A stretch of 64,000 nt of DNA from Felis catus. Its lineage: Eukaryota. The translations under genes were made by a program, and so were the position numbers. Positions 11,491-24,312 of this stretch are shown here, piece after piece (positions within the stretch are counted from its first letter, which is position 1; each line of letters starts with the position of its first letter). A model generated the notes under the pieces. That model made no database searches and was not told the origin of the DNA. It saw nothing but the letters and a program-made list of their open reading frames with translations. The stretch spans positions 55,802,001-55,866,000 of the forward strand of contig NC_058382.1 in the NCBI RefSeq assembly GCF_018350175.1, in the 5' to 3' direction.

Positions 11491-13454
11491 AAAGAAAGAA
11501 TTTAAGACAACTCATTTGTAGTTTCTGATTTTAAGCATTTATAAATCCATAGCACCTACATTTCATAAAGACTTTATGAGTATCCATTTCTTCAGTGATA
11601 TTCTCCAGATGCTGCTCAGTAGACTTTTTTGCTTGGCTGACTGACCCCATCCATAACCTTTCCTTTATGCCACCTTCTAGCTACGGGTAGCCGTGTGCCA
11701 CTGTTCTGGACAATTAGATATAAGCCCAAACCTGTTTGTTAGGGCTTTTAAGAAAACTTTTCTATTCCTTATTGAGTCAGATTCAGTTGGAAAAGACCAT
11801 CAGCTTTTACCTCTCTCTCTTTTCTTCCTGTGTCCTGTAGAGAAGATGCCTGGAGTTACTGCAGCCACTTTGTAACATGAGGCAATGAACATAAGAAAAA
11901 AAAAGAGAGAATCTCATAGAATCCTGCCCTTGCTTGATAGTGACCCATGAACCAACACTGGACACCTTCTGCCTCTAGGCTTTATTTGTGCCTTTTCAAA
12001 GATGATACCAGAAATTTGACAAAAGCGATAGGAAATGTAAAAGGAGCCAAAATGAGAAGAAAGGAAAAAAAATAGTCAAAGAGGTCTTCATCTCTCTTCA
12101 CATTTTAAAGAATTATAGAAAGGGAAGAGGGGTTCAGAATCAAAACAAACCCATACCTATCTCCAGTAGACTGGAAGACTTGAAATCAGTGAACGTGTAT
12201 GTTCGGTGTCGTGTGTACCTGGCTTTGTGCCTGGTATAGTAGGTGTTTGTTGAAAAAAACCAAAGGGATCTTTCCTTCTACCTCTTTTAACCTTGTCCAG
12301 GCTTATCTGGCTCATCAGAGCAGTTGTGATGACAGTTGTTTGATAGGTTTCCAAACACTGTACTATTTCAGTACAGCACACGGTCTTAGGGGTCCAGGCC
12401 GGCGGTCAGACGGCTGAACCCAACTGGCCAGACCTATGTTAGCAAAACTTACACATTTCCTCTGAATATTTAAGAGGAAGGGGTTTTCACATACTTGCTC
12501 CAATATGTGATTCTCCTTGGAGGATTCTGAATGAGGGGTCACATTTAAGGTGGGTAGGAGAACCACCCCCAGTAAAATCCTGGCCTCTGTCCCAAAGATC
12601 ATATAACCTAGTGGGGGACATATGCATGTCAACATTTGCAGGATGCTACCTGAGCTTCCATCCTGGACACCAGGTGCAGCTACCAGCACCTCACCTGTAC
12701 CACAAAGCCCCTCCTTCCTGTGTACCACCCTCCCCCGCCCACCAAAGGCAGGGACGGGGTCCTGCTGGCCTTGGGATGTCTCATGCCACGGTACTAACCA
12801 ACTCCCTGATTCATGACTGGGGTACACAGCCAATCTGTTGAAAAGAAGACCAACCCTTGGACATTTATCTATAATCTCTTAGAGGGGAGAAGCAAAAGCA
12901 AGAGAACGTGTTCTGGAGTAATTTATTTTGTTCCCTGGCATTGATGAAAGGGATAAAAATAAATCAGTGTTTCTACTCAACTGATTTGAAGGACAAGCCA
13001 AAATCACACCATTAAAAATTAACATGTAAAACAGATTGTACATTACTAGGGATGAGTTCAGACCCAAAGTAGAATAATTGGCCAAAGGAATCTACAGAAT
13101 ATTGGATATGACAAATTCACTCTCGTTTCCAGTGGTTAAGAAATAAGACAGATTATCTTCATTTCGGCCAGGAAGGTTTGAAGAAACAGCCCAGCATAAC
13201 TTATCTGTTAATGGAAGAACTAGGAAAGTCATTACGGTCAGAACTGTGGGGTCTTCTGGAGCACCAAATTCATCACTAAGCACGGTCTACCATGTCCTTT
13301 GAAATTCGTGTCAAAATTACCAGATTGATTCTCTTCTTGGAGCCACCCAAACCCTAGGTTAGAAAATTAAACCGTTTGTTAAGTTTTTAATGGCCAAACA
13401 ACTCAGTGCCCATTATATCATCTATTGATACCATCTACAGGTGGATATTTATCT

Positions 13455-13505
13455 AACCCACCCACCCATCCACCCACCCATCCATCCATCCATTCATACA
13501 TCCAG
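13455..13505. repeat. (CCAC/CCAT)n tetranucleotide repeat at an L2 tail
   Basis: Direct read; followed by reverse L2 3'-like sequence. Confidence 0.85.
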
Positions 13506-13616
13506 CATTTGTGCAGCACCTGCCCGTGCTGGCCCTGTGCTGAGGCAAATGATACAATGATGGATTAGACAGAAAATTTGCTTTCAGATAAATTAGTCCA
13601 GTACATGGCCTTAGAG

Positions 13617-13838
13617 AGGGGCTTCTCAATCTCCACATTATTAACATTTTGGGTTGGATAAATCCTTTGTTGTAAGGGCTATTGTGTGCATGATAAGATA
13701 CTTAGCAGTGTGCCTGCTTCTACCCACCAAATTCCAGTAGCACCTGCCCCTCCAGTTACAATTACCAAAAATGTCTCTGGACATTGGCAAATGTACCCAA
13801 ATGGGGCTGGCAGAATTGCCCTGAGTTGAGAAGCGTTG
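13617..13838 (-). mobile_element. MER20 (hAT-Charlie)
   Basis: 'ttctcaatctccacattattaacattttggg...aaaaatgtctctggacattggcaaatgtaccc...gttgagaagcgttg'; TSD ccttagag/ctttagag. Confidence 0.85.
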
Positions 13839-14829
13839 CTTTAGAGCCAGATCCTGACTTCTATTCTTGTCTTATCCTTTTACGAGTTGTTGATGTAACT
13901 AATTGCTACTGAACTTTTCCTTATTTTCTGCACCTAACAGTTTCCAGCACAGAACAGATACGTGATGAATGTTTGCAGGTCAAGTGAGTGAGTGAGTGAT
14001 TGAATGAATGAATGGCATATATTTGTAAGAGCAACCCTTCCTAAGGAGCTGACAGGCTGTTAGAAGGACCTTGAGTGTTGGCCGTACACAATGCTAAGCA
14101 AGCACTGTATTCAATCAAAATATGCTTAAGCTAAGTAGGAAAAAAAAATCTACTTATGGGGTGTTTAGTTGTGTAGGCCTGACAGATAACTGAGCGGCTG
14201 GATTTTTCAGTTTCAACAGATTGGTTTGCCATTCTGTAGCCACAATAACAGAGCAAAGTAACAATCATGTCTATGTTTAATTTTCTGAAGAGTGTTGCAT
14301 TGCAGAGGCTCACAGTCTGGCCAATTAAATGTGGCCGATTGGCACTCCCACACAAGTTTGGGGGGCATTTAAAATAGCTCTCTGCAAAAGAAAAAAATCC
14401 AAGCCACAGAGAAATTTGTAACTCTCCCAAGATTTTGTACTTCAAAAGCAGACTTGTGATGGTAAAATTGTTCTGGGTGACAGAGACTAAACAAGCCATC
14501 CATTTTGAGTGTGTTTGTGTCAAACTGGGTGTTGCCTCTGTGGCTGGTGATCATGTCTATTGGTGTAATTGGATAATTTTTTATATTCAAGGAAATCATC
14601 AAGCTTCCGTTCGTGGGCCTCAGGTTTGGGGCTCTTGACCATGTTAGCCATTCAAAGGGAGCCGTGAGCATCACTTACCAAATTTTCTTTACTTTCTAAG
14701 GCTTAAGTGAGGGGTAGCTAATAGGAATGGAGAAAGGCTCTCCTAATTCATTCTCAAGTCTACCAGACACAATTCTTACAGATTCATGTGGGGAAGGCTG
14801 GAGTGGTTCTCTAATTCCACAATAATGCC

Positions 14830-15260
14830 AATTAACAAACAACCGTGAAGCATCATTGATACGTGGAAATAACACTTGTTTAGCCTAGAAATCTGTAGTG
14901 TTTAGCTGATCTTGGCTGGACTCAGCTGATTTTGGGGTTCACGTACATATAGGGTTGGCTGCGGGTTGGCTAATTAACTCTGCTGGTCTTAGCTGGGCTT
15001 GCTCACCTGTCTAGAGGTTGGATGGCTGTTGACTGATCTAGTATGGTCTTTGCTGGAATAAACGAGATGACTTTGAGCCTCCAGGGGGCTCGTTGGAAAA
15101 CACGCTTCTGACGGTGGCAATGGCAGAGGTACAGGTGGTTGCACTGTGCTTGCTCATCTCCCGTTAACCAAAGTGCGTCATGTGGCTGAGCCCAGAGTTA
15201 AGAAATCAGGCAGAATGCTTTGCCCAGAGTAACAGGGCCCTGCAAAGTTACATACGTGGT
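14830..15260 (-). mobile_element. MaLR LTR (MLT1G/H-like)
   Basis: 'ctgatcttggctggactca', 'cttagctgggcttgctcac', 'ttaaccaaagtgcgtcatgtggctgagcccagagt'. Confidence 0.6.
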
Positions 15261-15979
15261 CAACGGTGTGGGTGTCAGGAGGTGTGTCTAATTATAATTG
15301 ATTTAATGCATCAATATACCATAAAGGCTAAAAGAAACTCCATCAGGTATTGGGGCTTGACGATCAAGTTAAATTTGAACAAGAAAGACCCTTACAGAAT
15401 GTTCAGTGAAAGATGAAGAGGGAAGGGGGAGATTCATGACTTGGGGGTGCCTCAGCCACCACTGCTGCTTGAGTTCTATTTTATCTAGGTAGGAGGAGTT
15501 TCTTCACACTGGACAAGAAAGGGCAGCACAAATATGGAAAAGAGATAATTCGTGGGAAGGCAGGTGGCTCCTTATGGAGTCCAGATGTATCATCCCTGGG
15601 GAATTACGTCCCAGCCCAATGAAAGACTTAACCGCAGAACTGCTGGCGGTGAATGTGAGGCGTCATGGAAACATGAGAGAGGCTTCCAAAGAAGGCAGTT
15701 GGTTTCAAATGGCTGACCCTCGACCTTTGAAAGGAATATCTCCCTAAGACATTTGCAAATTTCTCAATTGACAAATAACACTGGAATATACGATACCTGT
15801 CTAAAATGCAGTTAGAATAACTAAAAATGCAGGATATTAATGGCTTTATACACACAGTGCTAAAGTAATTTCTGAAATGATTAAAATGAGTTTCTCTCAA
15901 ATCATGGTTGTACCTAGTGTCACATACTTCTTACTTACATGCTCTCACAATAGTATTTATGTATTCAGCAGTAAGAATG

Positions 15980-16190
15980 GAAGCTAATGTTTATTTGTTT
16001 GCTTTTCTCTGTCAGGTATTGAGCTACGCCATTTATGTGCGTGGTTGCATTTTATTCTCACAGCAATCTCGTGACACGGGAGTCATTATTACCATTACAT
16101 AGATGAGAAAACGGAAGCAAGCTCAGAGAATTGTGTCCAAAGCTTGTACCCAGGTCTGTCTGATGACTGCTTATGCCCTTGATCCTCTCA
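15980..16190 (-). mobile_element. MIR SINE
   Basis: 'ttctcacagcaatctcgtga...attattaccattacatagatgagaaaacggaagc...tgtccaaag...ccaggtctgtctga'. Confidence 0.65.
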
Positions 16191-18039
16191 CATTCACTGC
16201 TTCTAGAAAAAGATGAGTTTTTATAGGGTGAAAAAGAAGTAGAATTCCAACCCCAAACTCCAGCAGTGTAAGTAGAAGATTGGGAAACCCTGGCTTTTCA
16301 GCAACTGATGTGAATAAATATCTCAGAACTTCTGTTGACCACAGGTTCGATAGGAGTTGACCGAGAGAGGGTGCTGTCTAGAACACAGAAGTGAGCCTTG
16401 ATTCCTTTGTGGGATATATGCGGCTCTGTCCACTTGCTGCGCCATTCAGGGCACCTGAGTTTATTCAGTGGTGATTATTAGATTGATTGATCGGTTAACT
16501 GCACCCGTAGCTTTTGTTTTCTAGTGGGCACATTTTAAGGTCATTGACAGTTTGGAGTGTGTCCACTGAAGGAGAGTCAGGAGGGTAAGAGAGTTTTGTG
16601 AAGCCACAATATGTGAGAAAGGATTAAAAATGGGGCATGTCCACCCAGAGGACTCAGGGGTGACAAGGGAAACTTTCTGCAAGCACTTGAAGGGATTCCA
16701 TATGGCAGAAGACACAGTCTTACTTACTTCCACCTGGAAGTCGTGGGTAACGGTGATACTGCCTGTTGCAATTTGGGAAGTGAACTGGTTTGAGACGCAG
16801 CAATCTCTGTGACTCTGGAGGAGTGCAGACAGAAGTGTCTGCTGCCCTGAGTGGTCCTGCTCCCCACGTTCACTTCCAAAATGATTATTTCAGCACTTAT
16901 GGCCAGAAGTACTTCCTTGTGTGCTCAGCCACTAGGATACGATCGATATCGTTAGGAAGTTGGTACTTTTGCTTATGAAATGATGGGTGAAAATAGTATT
17001 GTAAAGGGGGAAAGTTTAGCCCCTCTCTCCTCGTGTTTCCCTTCATTTGTGTGACACTCCCGGGCTCTTTCTGCTCGTTTCCACCCCACTGAAGGGGTGA
17101 GAGAGGAGAGACTTACGTGCTCTATGATTGAAGAATAATGGCTTTAACTTTCTCAGCTCAGCATTGCCCTTTTTCTCTTTTGGGAGTGAGCTAGCCACAG
17201 AAAGCGTAATTTCTCCATTCTTTTCCAGGCACAGAACACCCCGTGCATGCCGTCATGTTGGGATGCTGCCTCAGTTCAGTGTTGCCATTACCGTGCGGAT
17301 AAATCTGTCATTTCTTCAGGTTCAGTACTCAGGATCATGTTTTCTCTCACCTTAAGTGACGTCTTCCAGTTAAGGTTTATTTGGGAATAAAGGGGCTCTG
17401 GTGGCTTCCCTCTGTCACTCATTCATCTTATGTCTCAGTTAGTTCGGAACTCAGGAAAAGAAGGTGCTACTGAGTAGCCCCTGAACAACCTGACCACTGT
17501 GAGACAGAATACACGACATCAGGGTTCCGTGGATTTGGTGTCTCTTCTCTGGGTCTCAGTGCATTCCTCACACTGTCTCCTCTGCATGTGCCAACAATAT
17601 CTCTGCTGTCATCAGCCCCAGTTTACAGATGAGAGAGCTCAGGCCTGATCAAGTTAGGCAGGAAGAAAGCACATTTCGGTCCATGTCTGCTTGAGCATCA
17701 AGTCAAACTCTCCGTTGTTACACAAGGAAGAGACAGGTTTCGAGTGATGGGTGATCCTGGCAATCAGGAAAGGGAATGACTCTCAGGGGTATTGAGGAGG
17801 CGACAGCTGCACTGGCCATTAGGTGGCCAGAGTGGCTAATGGAGGAAGAGACAGGGGTGTGGACTTTCCAAGGATATGAGCAAGAAGCAGTATTCTCTCC
17901 CAAGAGTGACGGCAGTAGGAATGCTGTCATTATTGTCATTGTCACCTTCTTCATTTTCATTGGAAAGCCACCATTTATTGACCTTTTACTCCATACCAGA
18001 CTGCTCCAAGCACTTTACCTGTTATCCTGTATAATTTGT

Positions 18040-18222
18040 AAACATTTATTTATTTATTTTGAGGGGGGAGGGGCAGAGTGAGAGGGGGAGAGAGAATTCC
18101 AAGCAGGCTCTGTGCTGTCAGAGCAGAGCCAATGGGGGGCTTGATCCCATGAACCGTGAGATCATGACCTGCGCCGAGATCAAGAGTCGGACGCTCAGCT
18201 GACTGAGCCACCCAGGTGCCCC
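18040..18222 (-). mobile_element. Carnivore SINE (SINEC_Fc2/Fc3-like)
   Basis: Reverse of 'ggggcacctgggtggctcagtcagctgagcgtccgactcttgatctcggcgcaggtcatgatctcacggttcatgggatcaagcccc', CT tract, AATAAA tail. Confidence 0.92.
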
Positions 18223-18229
18223 CTGTATG

Positions 18230-18720
18230 GTTTTGAATGACTTTGCTGACATAGGATTGTTATTCAATAAACCGCACATATTTAAAGTGTGCAATTTGAC
18301 AAGTTTTGACATATGAATACAGCCATGAAATCATCACCAGTCAAGATAATGAACATATCCATTATCCCAAAAGGTTTCTGTAGGTCCCGTTCTAAACTTT
18401 CCCTCATTCCTTTCTTCCCTAGCCTCCAGTTCTATCCCTAAGCAACCCACCGATGTGCTTTCTGTCACTAAATTTGCGTTTTCCAGAATGTTATGCAAAT
18501 AAAATCACACAGTACGTAGTTTTTTTTGTTTTGTCATTTGACTTCTTTCACTTATATTATATTGAGATCCATCCACACTGTGATGTATATCAACATTTTA
18601 TTCCTTTTTGTTGCTGAGTGGTATTCCATTATGTGAATAGAACACAATTTGTTTATCCCTTCACATGTTGGTGGGTTTTTGGATTGTCTCCAGAACATCT
18701 GTGTACAAGTCTGTGTGCAC
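18230..18720 (-). mobile_element. L1M (L1MB/MC-like) 3' UTR fragment; with the adjacent SINE it interrupts a MIR (17970-18035 and 18735-18930)
   Basis: 'gcacatatttaaagtgtgcaatttgacaagttttgacatatg...caagataatgaacatatccatt', 'ttgttgctgagtggtattccatt'. Confidence 0.8.
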
Positions 18721-19789
18721 AGTTACTTTCATTTCATAGCCCATGTTTAATCCTCACAATGAATAGCATAGTACTGTTACAGTTCCTATTTTGCAGATGG
18801 GGCAGCTGAGGTCCACCAAGGTCCTGTGGTCAATGACCTTGCCCAAGGCCAGGGGCTAATTGGTAGCAGGGCTAGCATTTGAAGCCAGATTTGTCTGACA
18901 ACCCCATGCTCAAAGTCCCCATGCAATACTGTACCCCCATGCTGAGAGATGCCTTCACTTGGAAAAATGAAGACGTTTAATTTTTGGCTATAAGAATGTA
19001 TTTCTCAGCCTATCTCTGCTCCCTGTCATGGTTATCCAGATCAGCCGCTCCATCCAGACTCTCAGAGGGCAAGATGAGCATTCCTACTGTTTGTTAGTTT
19101 ACCTATCAACAAGAGATAAGAAAATCCTACCAGAGGCCAGGACCTTTTCTTGTCAAGAGTATGAGATTATATCTTCATTTATGGAGTAACTTTTGGACCC
19201 TGAAAATGAGAGTGAAAAAAAAAAGGCAGAAGAAACAAAGAGAGTGCACACATCTTTGTGCATGTTCACAGTCTAAGAGCTGGGAATTTTGTGGATGAAA
19301 TTAATCCATCAAGAGAGATCAGCTACAGAATTATGGGTAAAAGTCTTCAGAGGTTGAATTGTTGCTGCCCCCCTGGGCTCCCAAGCAAGCATTTTGAGGA
19401 AGCCCTGCCCACATTTCCCGTGTGCAACTGCTCTGAACCTTTTTCCTGTGCTCTCTCCTCATTCCGATTCTCCAGCTGATTGATTCACTTATGTGTTCAG
19501 CAGCTATTTTGTGCAAGGTGGCAGTATGAGAGAAGAGGTTCCACATGGTGCCTGCAGCAAGGAACTTACAGGCTGTGGGGGAGGAGCGACAGGAAGCAGG
19601 TGCTTTGCAGGGCAGGGTGACAGCTGCTGCTGATAGAAGGGTACCCGAAGGGCACTGTGGAAATGCGGAGCAGAGACAAACTGGGAGCACCAGAGGAGGC
19701 TTCCTAGAGGAGGTGGCATTTAATTGTTTAATATTTTTCTTTTGTTCACATTTTTCAAAATGCACATGCCTATTATTATAAGTGATATA

Positions 19790-20655
19790 GCCAGTGGGCT
19801 GGTAAATATTTGACAAGCAGTTGTCTGGGAAAAAATATGTACATATGTACATATATACATACACTTACCCTAAGTGTTATGATATAAAGACCATGTAACA
19901 TACAGTTTACAAATAACAATATAATATACAATATTCTATAAATTCCATGTGTATGGCCAATTGCCTTTTCACAGAGTGCTTTCACTGATGTTTTGCCAAA
20001 CTCTTGTATCCTTAGCCAATGTATGGGTGTAGTTAATGAGGTGCGCTTCTGACGTGAACGCTGGTTAATATTTTCATTTAGGTTAACAAATAAATAAGGC
20101 AATGTTATAATTTTATTTAAGGCAAGAATTAAACAATGAAAACATGTCAGAACTTCACTCCTTCATCAGTGATGTTAGGCATATGATGTTAAATTAGACA
20201 ATAATTTTTGATAACTTGAAGAACATTTTCTCAATGTTTTGTGCTGTTCACAGTGACAGACACACCCACTCTTAAGTTTAATCTCCATTATTAACATTTT
20301 CTCTGTCATTTTTAAAAATGTGGGTAATTATCAAAACCCTAAATCAAGACTTTTCTCATATTATTTGCCAATTTCTGTGCTGTAAATAAATACTCCTACA
20401 GTGGCTGATTTCAGACTAGCCAGTGTGATGTCACTGGACATGGTGACATCAGAGGCAAATAGGTTCAGGAGTGTAGATAATGGTAAAAATAATAAAATAA
20501 CTAAGGAGTGATGAATATTGTCTGTGATCTAAAATATAATTTATTTCATTGTAAGTTTATTTTAATTTTTAATAATGGGTACGTTTAATGACTGGCTTGC
20601 AAAATTCCTGAGTATTTAACAATTCAGTGGGGGCACACTACCAGGTACAGCCATA
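19790..20655 (-). mobile_element. MER63-like hAT-Blackjack DNA transposon
   Basis: 'gctggtaaatatttgacaagcagttgtctgggaaaaa' at left and 'ggcttgcaaaattcctgagtatttaacaat' at right resemble reverse MER63 ends. Confidence 0.65.
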
Positions 20656-20852
20656 AAGGGTAATCATCTGCCCCCCACCAACCCAATCCTCCCTTCCCTT
20701 TGTCCTCCCGTCCTGTTCCCCTGGAGGTGTGTGTGTTGGGTTTCCACACCCTTCTCTTTACACCAACAAAAACAAATGCAAGCACATTAACAACAAAAAC
20801 ATCTGAACACACTACACATATACATGGGGCTTGTTTAAAAATGTTTTGTTTA

Positions 20853-21040
20853 GGGGCACCTGGGTGGCTCAGTTGGCTAAGCATCTGACTCGGTTTTGGC
20901 TCAGGTCATGTGATCTCTCAGTTCATGGGTTTGCTGACAGCAAAGAGCCTGCTTGGGATTCTCTCTCCCTCTGGCTCCGTCCCTCCCCCACTCATGCTTG
21001 CTCTCTGTCTCTCTCAAAATAAAAAAGTAAACATTAAAAA
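20853..21040 (+). mobile_element. Carnivore SINE with internal deletion through the B-box region
   Basis: 'ggggcacctgggtggctcagttggctaagcatctgact...ggctcaggtcatg...gttcatgggtt|tgctgacagc' lacks the usual 'cgagccccgcgtcgggctc'; degenerate TSD aaaaatgttttgtt/aaaaatgtgtctgtt. Confidence 0.9.
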
Positions 21041-21049
21041 ATGTGTCTG

Positions 21050-23340
21050 TTAAACATGGTGTTACAATATGCATGCTACCTTGGATCGTGCAGCCTATAA
21101 TAGTTGTAATCTCAACAGCTGTTCTAAATACTATTCTTCATTTATGTGGCTGCATAGCATAATACGATATTTCATGGTGTGAAGGTACTGTAATGTAATA
21201 TATATCTTCTACTGATGGGCATAAGTATTTTCAGTATTTTTTTCTTCTTTGAAGAATGCTATAATAAATAAATGTCCTTGAACATCTATCTTTAGATACT
21301 GAAGATTTTATTTTTATAGGACAGAATCATAAGAATGGGGTTTCTGGGTTGAAGGGTATGTGTATTTTTAATTTTAATAGATATATCCAGATGGTTTCCA
21401 GAAACACTTCAAATTTCTACTGGCAATAAGTGAGAGAACTTTTCTATCATCCCCACCAGCAGTAAGTCTTTACCTCTTTCTAATTTTTGCCTGGGACATG
21501 ACTGTAAAGTAATAAGTTACTGTAATTTGCATTTCTCTATCAGTGAGCTTGAATATCTTTTCATATGTTTATTGGCAATTTGGGTTTGCTCTTCAGTGAA
21601 TTGCCTATTCACACCCTTTGTTAATTTTTCCTGTGGGATTGTTTCTGTTTGTCACTTTGTAAGAGCTCTTTGTATAGCGCGGGTATTAACCTTTGCGTCA
21701 TCTGTACTGAAAATGTTTTTTCAGGTCTTTGACTCTGTTAACTTGTAAACTGTTACCTTTAATTTTGTTTAGATAGTCTATGGTTTATAGTTATAATACA
21801 TGCTTTGTAGTTAATGTTTCTGTAGAATAAACACATACCCTGTGTATTTCCTTTAAAACATCAGGTTCCTCTTTTGGATACGAAGTAGAAGAGCTTCTAG
21901 ACTATCAATATACATGTTCTCACAGTGTTTTTGATGTAACACTTTGTTTTATTTTTATTACATTTTTTAAAATATTTGTTCATTTTTGAGAGAGAGAGAC
22001 AGAGCGCAAACAGGGGTAGGGCGGAGAGAGAAGGGGACACAGAATCCGAAGCAGGCTCCACTCTCTGAGCTGTCAGCACGGAGCCCAAAGCGGGGCTCAA
22101 ACTCACGAACCGTGAGATCATGACTTGAGCTGAAGTTGGATGCTTAACCTATTGAACCACCCAGGCGCCCCTTGTATAACATTTTAAATCTACACCTTTC
22201 TTTAATCCATGTAAATTTATTTTTTATATGGCATCAGGTAATGGTCCAACTCTACATTCTTTTAATTCAATAGCCAGTTGTACATGTCCATTTATAGATA
22301 AACCATCCTCTTCTCATTGGATGGAGATGCCTCTTTTGCCATATTTAAAAATCTTATATTTATGGCGATCTATTTCTAGATCCTCTCTTCTTTCCTCTTG
22401 ATTAAGTTTTCTATTCTTATGCCAATTTTATGTTGATTTCTTTAGAGCGGCTTTGTAGTGTATTTTGGTGTCTGGTAAATCATATCTCCCCCATTGTTAG
22501 TCTTCGTGTGTATATGTATATAAATTTTAGTATTCTTGAGCATTTTTTCACTTATATGAACTGAATATTATTTTACCTTCAAGGAAAAGGAAAGAAAAAT
22601 GCTACTCATGTTTTAATAGGAGTATCATTAAATTTTATATATTTATATGTATAACTTTGACACTTTTATGGTAGTAGAGCTCCCTAATGAAGAACCTAGC
22701 TTTCTCTTTCCATTTGTTCAAAATCTGTTTTATGTCATCTAATAAGATTTTACAGTTTAATTCATATAGGTCCTATGGCTTTCTTGTTAAGCTTTTTTTT
22801 TTCACTGTTGTAATTTTTTTTTTTTTTACTGTTTCCAACTTTAGGTACTTATTTCTAGCATATAAAGAATGTATTATCCCCTTAATTCTTATTATATCTT
22901 TGAAACTTATTAAGTACTCTTATTAATTATATAATTAAAAATTAGCTTATGTAGGCAGTCTAGACATGCAATCAAACTATCAGCCAAAAAAAAAAAAAAA
23001 AAGGACAGTTTTATGCCTTCTTCTCTGGTTTTAGCTTCATTATTTAATATTCTTACCTTATTGCATTGGCTAGACCCATTGAGATCATGCTGACCAATTT
23101 ATTAGTGGTGGTTCGCGTTTCTGTCCAGGTTCAGATTTTTATGGGAGTTTTTTCTTTTAAAATTTGTCATTAGTTTCTGTTAAAAAGTATTCATCATAGT
23201 TAAGTATTTCCTTTTTATTTCTATTTTACCTAGAGTTTGTGTTAGAAATGGCTGCAAAAGTTTATCTAATGCCTTTTCAGCCTGTGTAAATATGATCATA
23301 GAGTTTTCCCCTTTTATTGTTAATACAGTGCATTATGGGA
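21050..23340 (-). mobile_element. Ancient L1 (L1ME-like) remnant, interrupted by a SINE
   Basis: T-rich, with L1 antisense motifs 'cttctactgatgggcat', 'gggttgaagggtatgtgtatttt', 'cttttcatatgtttattggcaatttg', 'cttattgcattggctagacc'. Confidence 0.75.
21950..22171 (-). mobile_element. Feline SINE (SINEC_Fc2-like)
   Basis: Reverse of 'ggggcgcctgggtggttcaataggttaagcatccaacttcagctcaagtcatgatctcacggttcgtgagtttgagccccgc'. Confidence 0.93.
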
Positions 23341-23494
23341 ATAAATTCTTTTACACTATGAATTGAGTCTCTAAGGATGAAGAGGAGTCTCCTTGGAAAG
23401 GAGGAAAAGAGCATATCAGACAAAGTGGGGGGTGGAACTATTAACTAAGGGAAAGGAAGGAAGTTAGGGTTAATACTAGACCTAAAACAAGGCT

Positions 23495-23687
23495 CCCCAG
23501 GATCTGAGAGGCAGGCAGCCTGCCCTGCCAAATGAGCACAGCCCCCCCAGGATCTGAGAGGCAGGCAGCCTGCCCCATCAAGTGAGCACAGCCCCCTAGG
23601 ATCTGAGAGGCAGGCAGCCTGCCCCGCCAAGTGAGCATGGTCCCCCAGGATCTGAGAGGCAGGCAGCCTGCCCCACCAGGTGAGCAC
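23495..23687. repeat. GC-rich minisatellite, ~4 copies of a 49-50-bp unit
   Basis: 'aggatctgagaggcaggcagcctgccc' recurs at 23499, 23549, 23598, 23647. Confidence 0.97.
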
Positions 23688-24056
23688 GTGAGGATGTAAG
23701 GATGCTCAGTCTGTAAGGCTGCAAGTTCCCAGGACCCAAGGTGGCCGTTGCATATGTCAGGGTGGTGGTCAATGCGAGTACTTTCTGCTGGACGCAGAGC
23801 AGGATGCCACAACAGGTCCAGAACTGGATAAGAGCTCATTAATGGATCAGTTATGGAGAAGCAGGCAATGCTCTAATGCCAGGTTCGAACGAAACATTCT
23901 TGCCAGAAAAACACAAGCCCATGGGTGCAGAAAGCGGACGATTCTTTGGCCACTAAGGACAAAAAAACATGCCTAGTTTTAGTGTCAAGGAGATGGGTTA
24001 GATGTCAAAGATGTAATCAGGTAAAAAACGGAAGTTGTTTCTTATAGGGGAACCTT

Positions 24057-24059
<3 letters not shown>

Positions 24060-24103
<44 letters not shown>

Positions 24104-24312
24104 TTTTCAACGTTTATTTTTATTTTTGGGACAGAGAGAGACAGAGCATGAACGGGGGAGGGGCAGAGAGAGAGGGAGACACAGAATCGGAAACAGGCTC
24201 CAGGCTCTGAGCCATCAGCCCAGAGCCCGACGCGGGGCTCGAACTCCCGGACTGCGAGATCGTGACCTGGCTGAAGTCGGACGCTTAACCGACTGCGCCA
24301 CCCAGGCGCCCC
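24060..24312 (-). mobile_element. Young full-length feline SINE (SINEC_Fc)
   Basis: Intact A box (tggcgcagtcgg) and B box (gttcgagcc) on the minus strand, CpGs retained, (AAAT)n tail, perfect 15-bp TSD taggggaacctttta at 24045-24059 and 24313-24327. Confidence 0.97.

Noticed and set aside
19331..19864. 177-aa minus-strand ORF
   Set aside because: Starts inside a DNA transposon AT-rich tract; no recognisable domain or splice context
23495..23687. CRISPR-like array (identical palindromic 27-bp core with ~22-bp intervening segments)
   Set aside because: Intervening segments are near-copies of each other rather than unique spacers, there are no cas genes, and the DNA is mammalian; it is a minisatellite
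23441..23839. 132-aa ORF with repeated GRLPASQILG motif
   Set aside because: Translation of the minisatellite
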